The notes beneath the pieces were generated by a model. It was not told the DNA's origin, did not search any database, and worked only from the letters and a program-made list of their open reading frames with translations. A stretch of 64,000 bases of DNA, taken from assembly GCA_019058315.1 (NCBI GenBank), contig JAHPZH010000002.1:256001-320000 (forward strand), read 5' to 3'. This document shows, one piece after another, positions 62,873 through 64,000 of this stretch. Origin of the DNA: Candidatus Helarchaeota archaeon. Lineage in GTDB: Archaea > Asgardarchaeota > Lokiarchaeia > Helarchaeales > RDOG01. A program made the position numbers and the translations under genes. Within the stretch, counting starts at the first letter, position 1, and the number at the start of each line of letters is the position of its first letter.

Positions 62873-63664
62873 ATGAAAGAGTCCAAATCTGCTCAATATC
62901 ACTCAAAAATTTCAAAAGATTATGATGTTATGTTTCAAGACAAATATTGGGATATCCATACAGCAGTTGAGTCATCAAAACTTAACAAATATCTTCCAAA
63001 ACAAAAATCTCTAATTTTAGATGCAGGAGGTGGCACAGGAAATTTCTCTATAGAATGCGCAAAAAAGGGACATGAAGTTGTTTTAACTGATATTTCATCT
63101 GGAATGCTTGAGGAGGCTAAAAAGAAAATCAAGAAATTAGGATTGGAAGAAAAAATTACAATTTTAAATCAAGATATTATAAATATGAATGATCTAAAAT
63201 CTAATCATTTTGATTTTGTAGTTTCGTTAGGAGATCCTGTTTCATATTGTCAGAAAGAAGAAGATGCTATTAAAGAATTAGCAAGAGTTGCAAAATCGGG
63301 GTCATTTGTTTTTATTACGGGTGATTCTTTCTTTGGTAGGATGTTTAAACTGATAACAGATATGAATTATAAAGAGCTTGAAAATTTAGAAAAATCAAGT
63401 AAAATACAAAACCAATTTGATTTCATTGAACATGATTTCAAGGTAGAGGAGCTCAAAAACTTGTTTGAGAAATATAATCTCCAAGTAATAGAGGTTTTTG
63501 GATTATTAAGCTTTATTAATAAAATTGTAAAAGAAAAACTAGAAAAAATTCTTTCTAATGAAAAAAATTTCAAAATTATTAAAGAATTAGAGTTAAAATT
63601 TTGTAATGAACCCTCAATAATTGGTACAGCTGGTCATTTAGGTATTATTGGCAAGAAAAAATGA
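62873..63664 (+). CDS. Class I SAM-dependent methyltransferase
   Basis: ILDAGGGTG, DISSGML, FDFVVS. Confidence 0.88.
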   Translation: MKESKSAQYHSKISKDYDVMFQDKYWDIHTAVESSKLNKYLPKQKSLILDAGGGTGNFSIECAKKGHEVVLTDISSGMLEEAKKKIKKLGLEEKITILNQDIINMNDLKSNHFDFVVSLGDPVSYCQKEEDAIKELARVAKSGSFVFITGDSFFGRMFKLITDMNYKELENLEKSSKIQNQFDFIEHDFKVEELKNLFEKYNLQVIEVFGLLSFINKIVKEKLEKILSNEKNFKIIKELELKFCNEPSIIGTAGHLGIIGKKK

Positions 63665-63706
63665 GAACATAAAAATTTATATAATGAATAGTTGGAAATT
63701 GATTTA

Positions 63707-64000
63707 ATGAAAGATACAGACGATAATGAAGAAGAAGAAGAAGTTTTTTGGTTAGTTTCACCAGAAAATACCGAAGCAAGACAATGGTTACATAAATTAG
63801 ATAAATTAAAACGGATAAATACAAAAGACATCAAATTCACTAGAGTAGATGATTATTGGGATGGACCTTTAGCAGGTATTGTCGAATATAACGGTAAAGA
63901 GTATTATTCTGTAGCTATCTTTGATGAAGAAGCTCCTTCCTTAAATATCAACGTCGGGCGGTGTTATTTATTATTAGAAATTAGTGATAGATTAAAAGCA
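63707..64000 (+). CDS. Hypothetical protein (3' truncated by window edge)
   Basis: Open frame MKDTDDNEEEEEVFW...DDYWDGPLAG... runs to the window end. Confidence 0.6.
   Translation, partial: MKDTDDNEEEEEVFWLVSPENTEARQWLHKLDKLKRINTKDIKFTRVDDYWDGPLAGIVEYNGKEYYSVAIFDEEAPSLNINVGRCYLLLEISDRLKA

Noticed and set aside
21-63840. Short antisense or overlapping ORFs in the track (e.g. 21-266, 34040-34450, 43980-44504, 51744-52447, 59285-62537)
   Set aside because: Shadows of well-supported genes on the other strand or frame, with no recognisable motifs

Overview
AT-rich archaeal chromosomal segment, almost certainly from an Asgard archaeon (Loki/Hel-like). It carries a bona fide actin, three Rab-like GTPases, roadblock, longin-like and V4R proteins, an Rpn11-like JAMM protein and an RWD/UEV-RING protein. 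Archaeal housekeeping genes include the S13-S4-S11-RpoD-L18e-L13-S9-RpoN and L7Ae-S28e-L24e clusters, RtcB/archease, a thermosome-Hsp20-GrpE-DnaK-DnaJ cluster and two intron-containing tRNAs. The most notable candidate for a new system is the actin locus (40.4-46.2 kb). There, actin has a structured leader and converges on a 937-aa protein made of a Zn-finger, a P/Q/T/E linker and about 17 tandem 24/25-aa 'DxxYK' repeats that are reminiscent of nebulin/LASP. That gene is divergent from a wHTH-CARF-like regulator. Other highlights are a tandem array of OB-fold-like paralogs with hypervariable loops and duplication scars, a FANCL-like triple-RWD-RING protein, a GH2 hydrolase with membrane helices inserted in its catalytic domain, an LRR-RHH fusion, and a tRNA-Leu with two introns. 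No CRISPR array, rRNA, integrase, transposase or reverse transcriptase was seen. All calls come from motif recognition by eye; no database searches were run.
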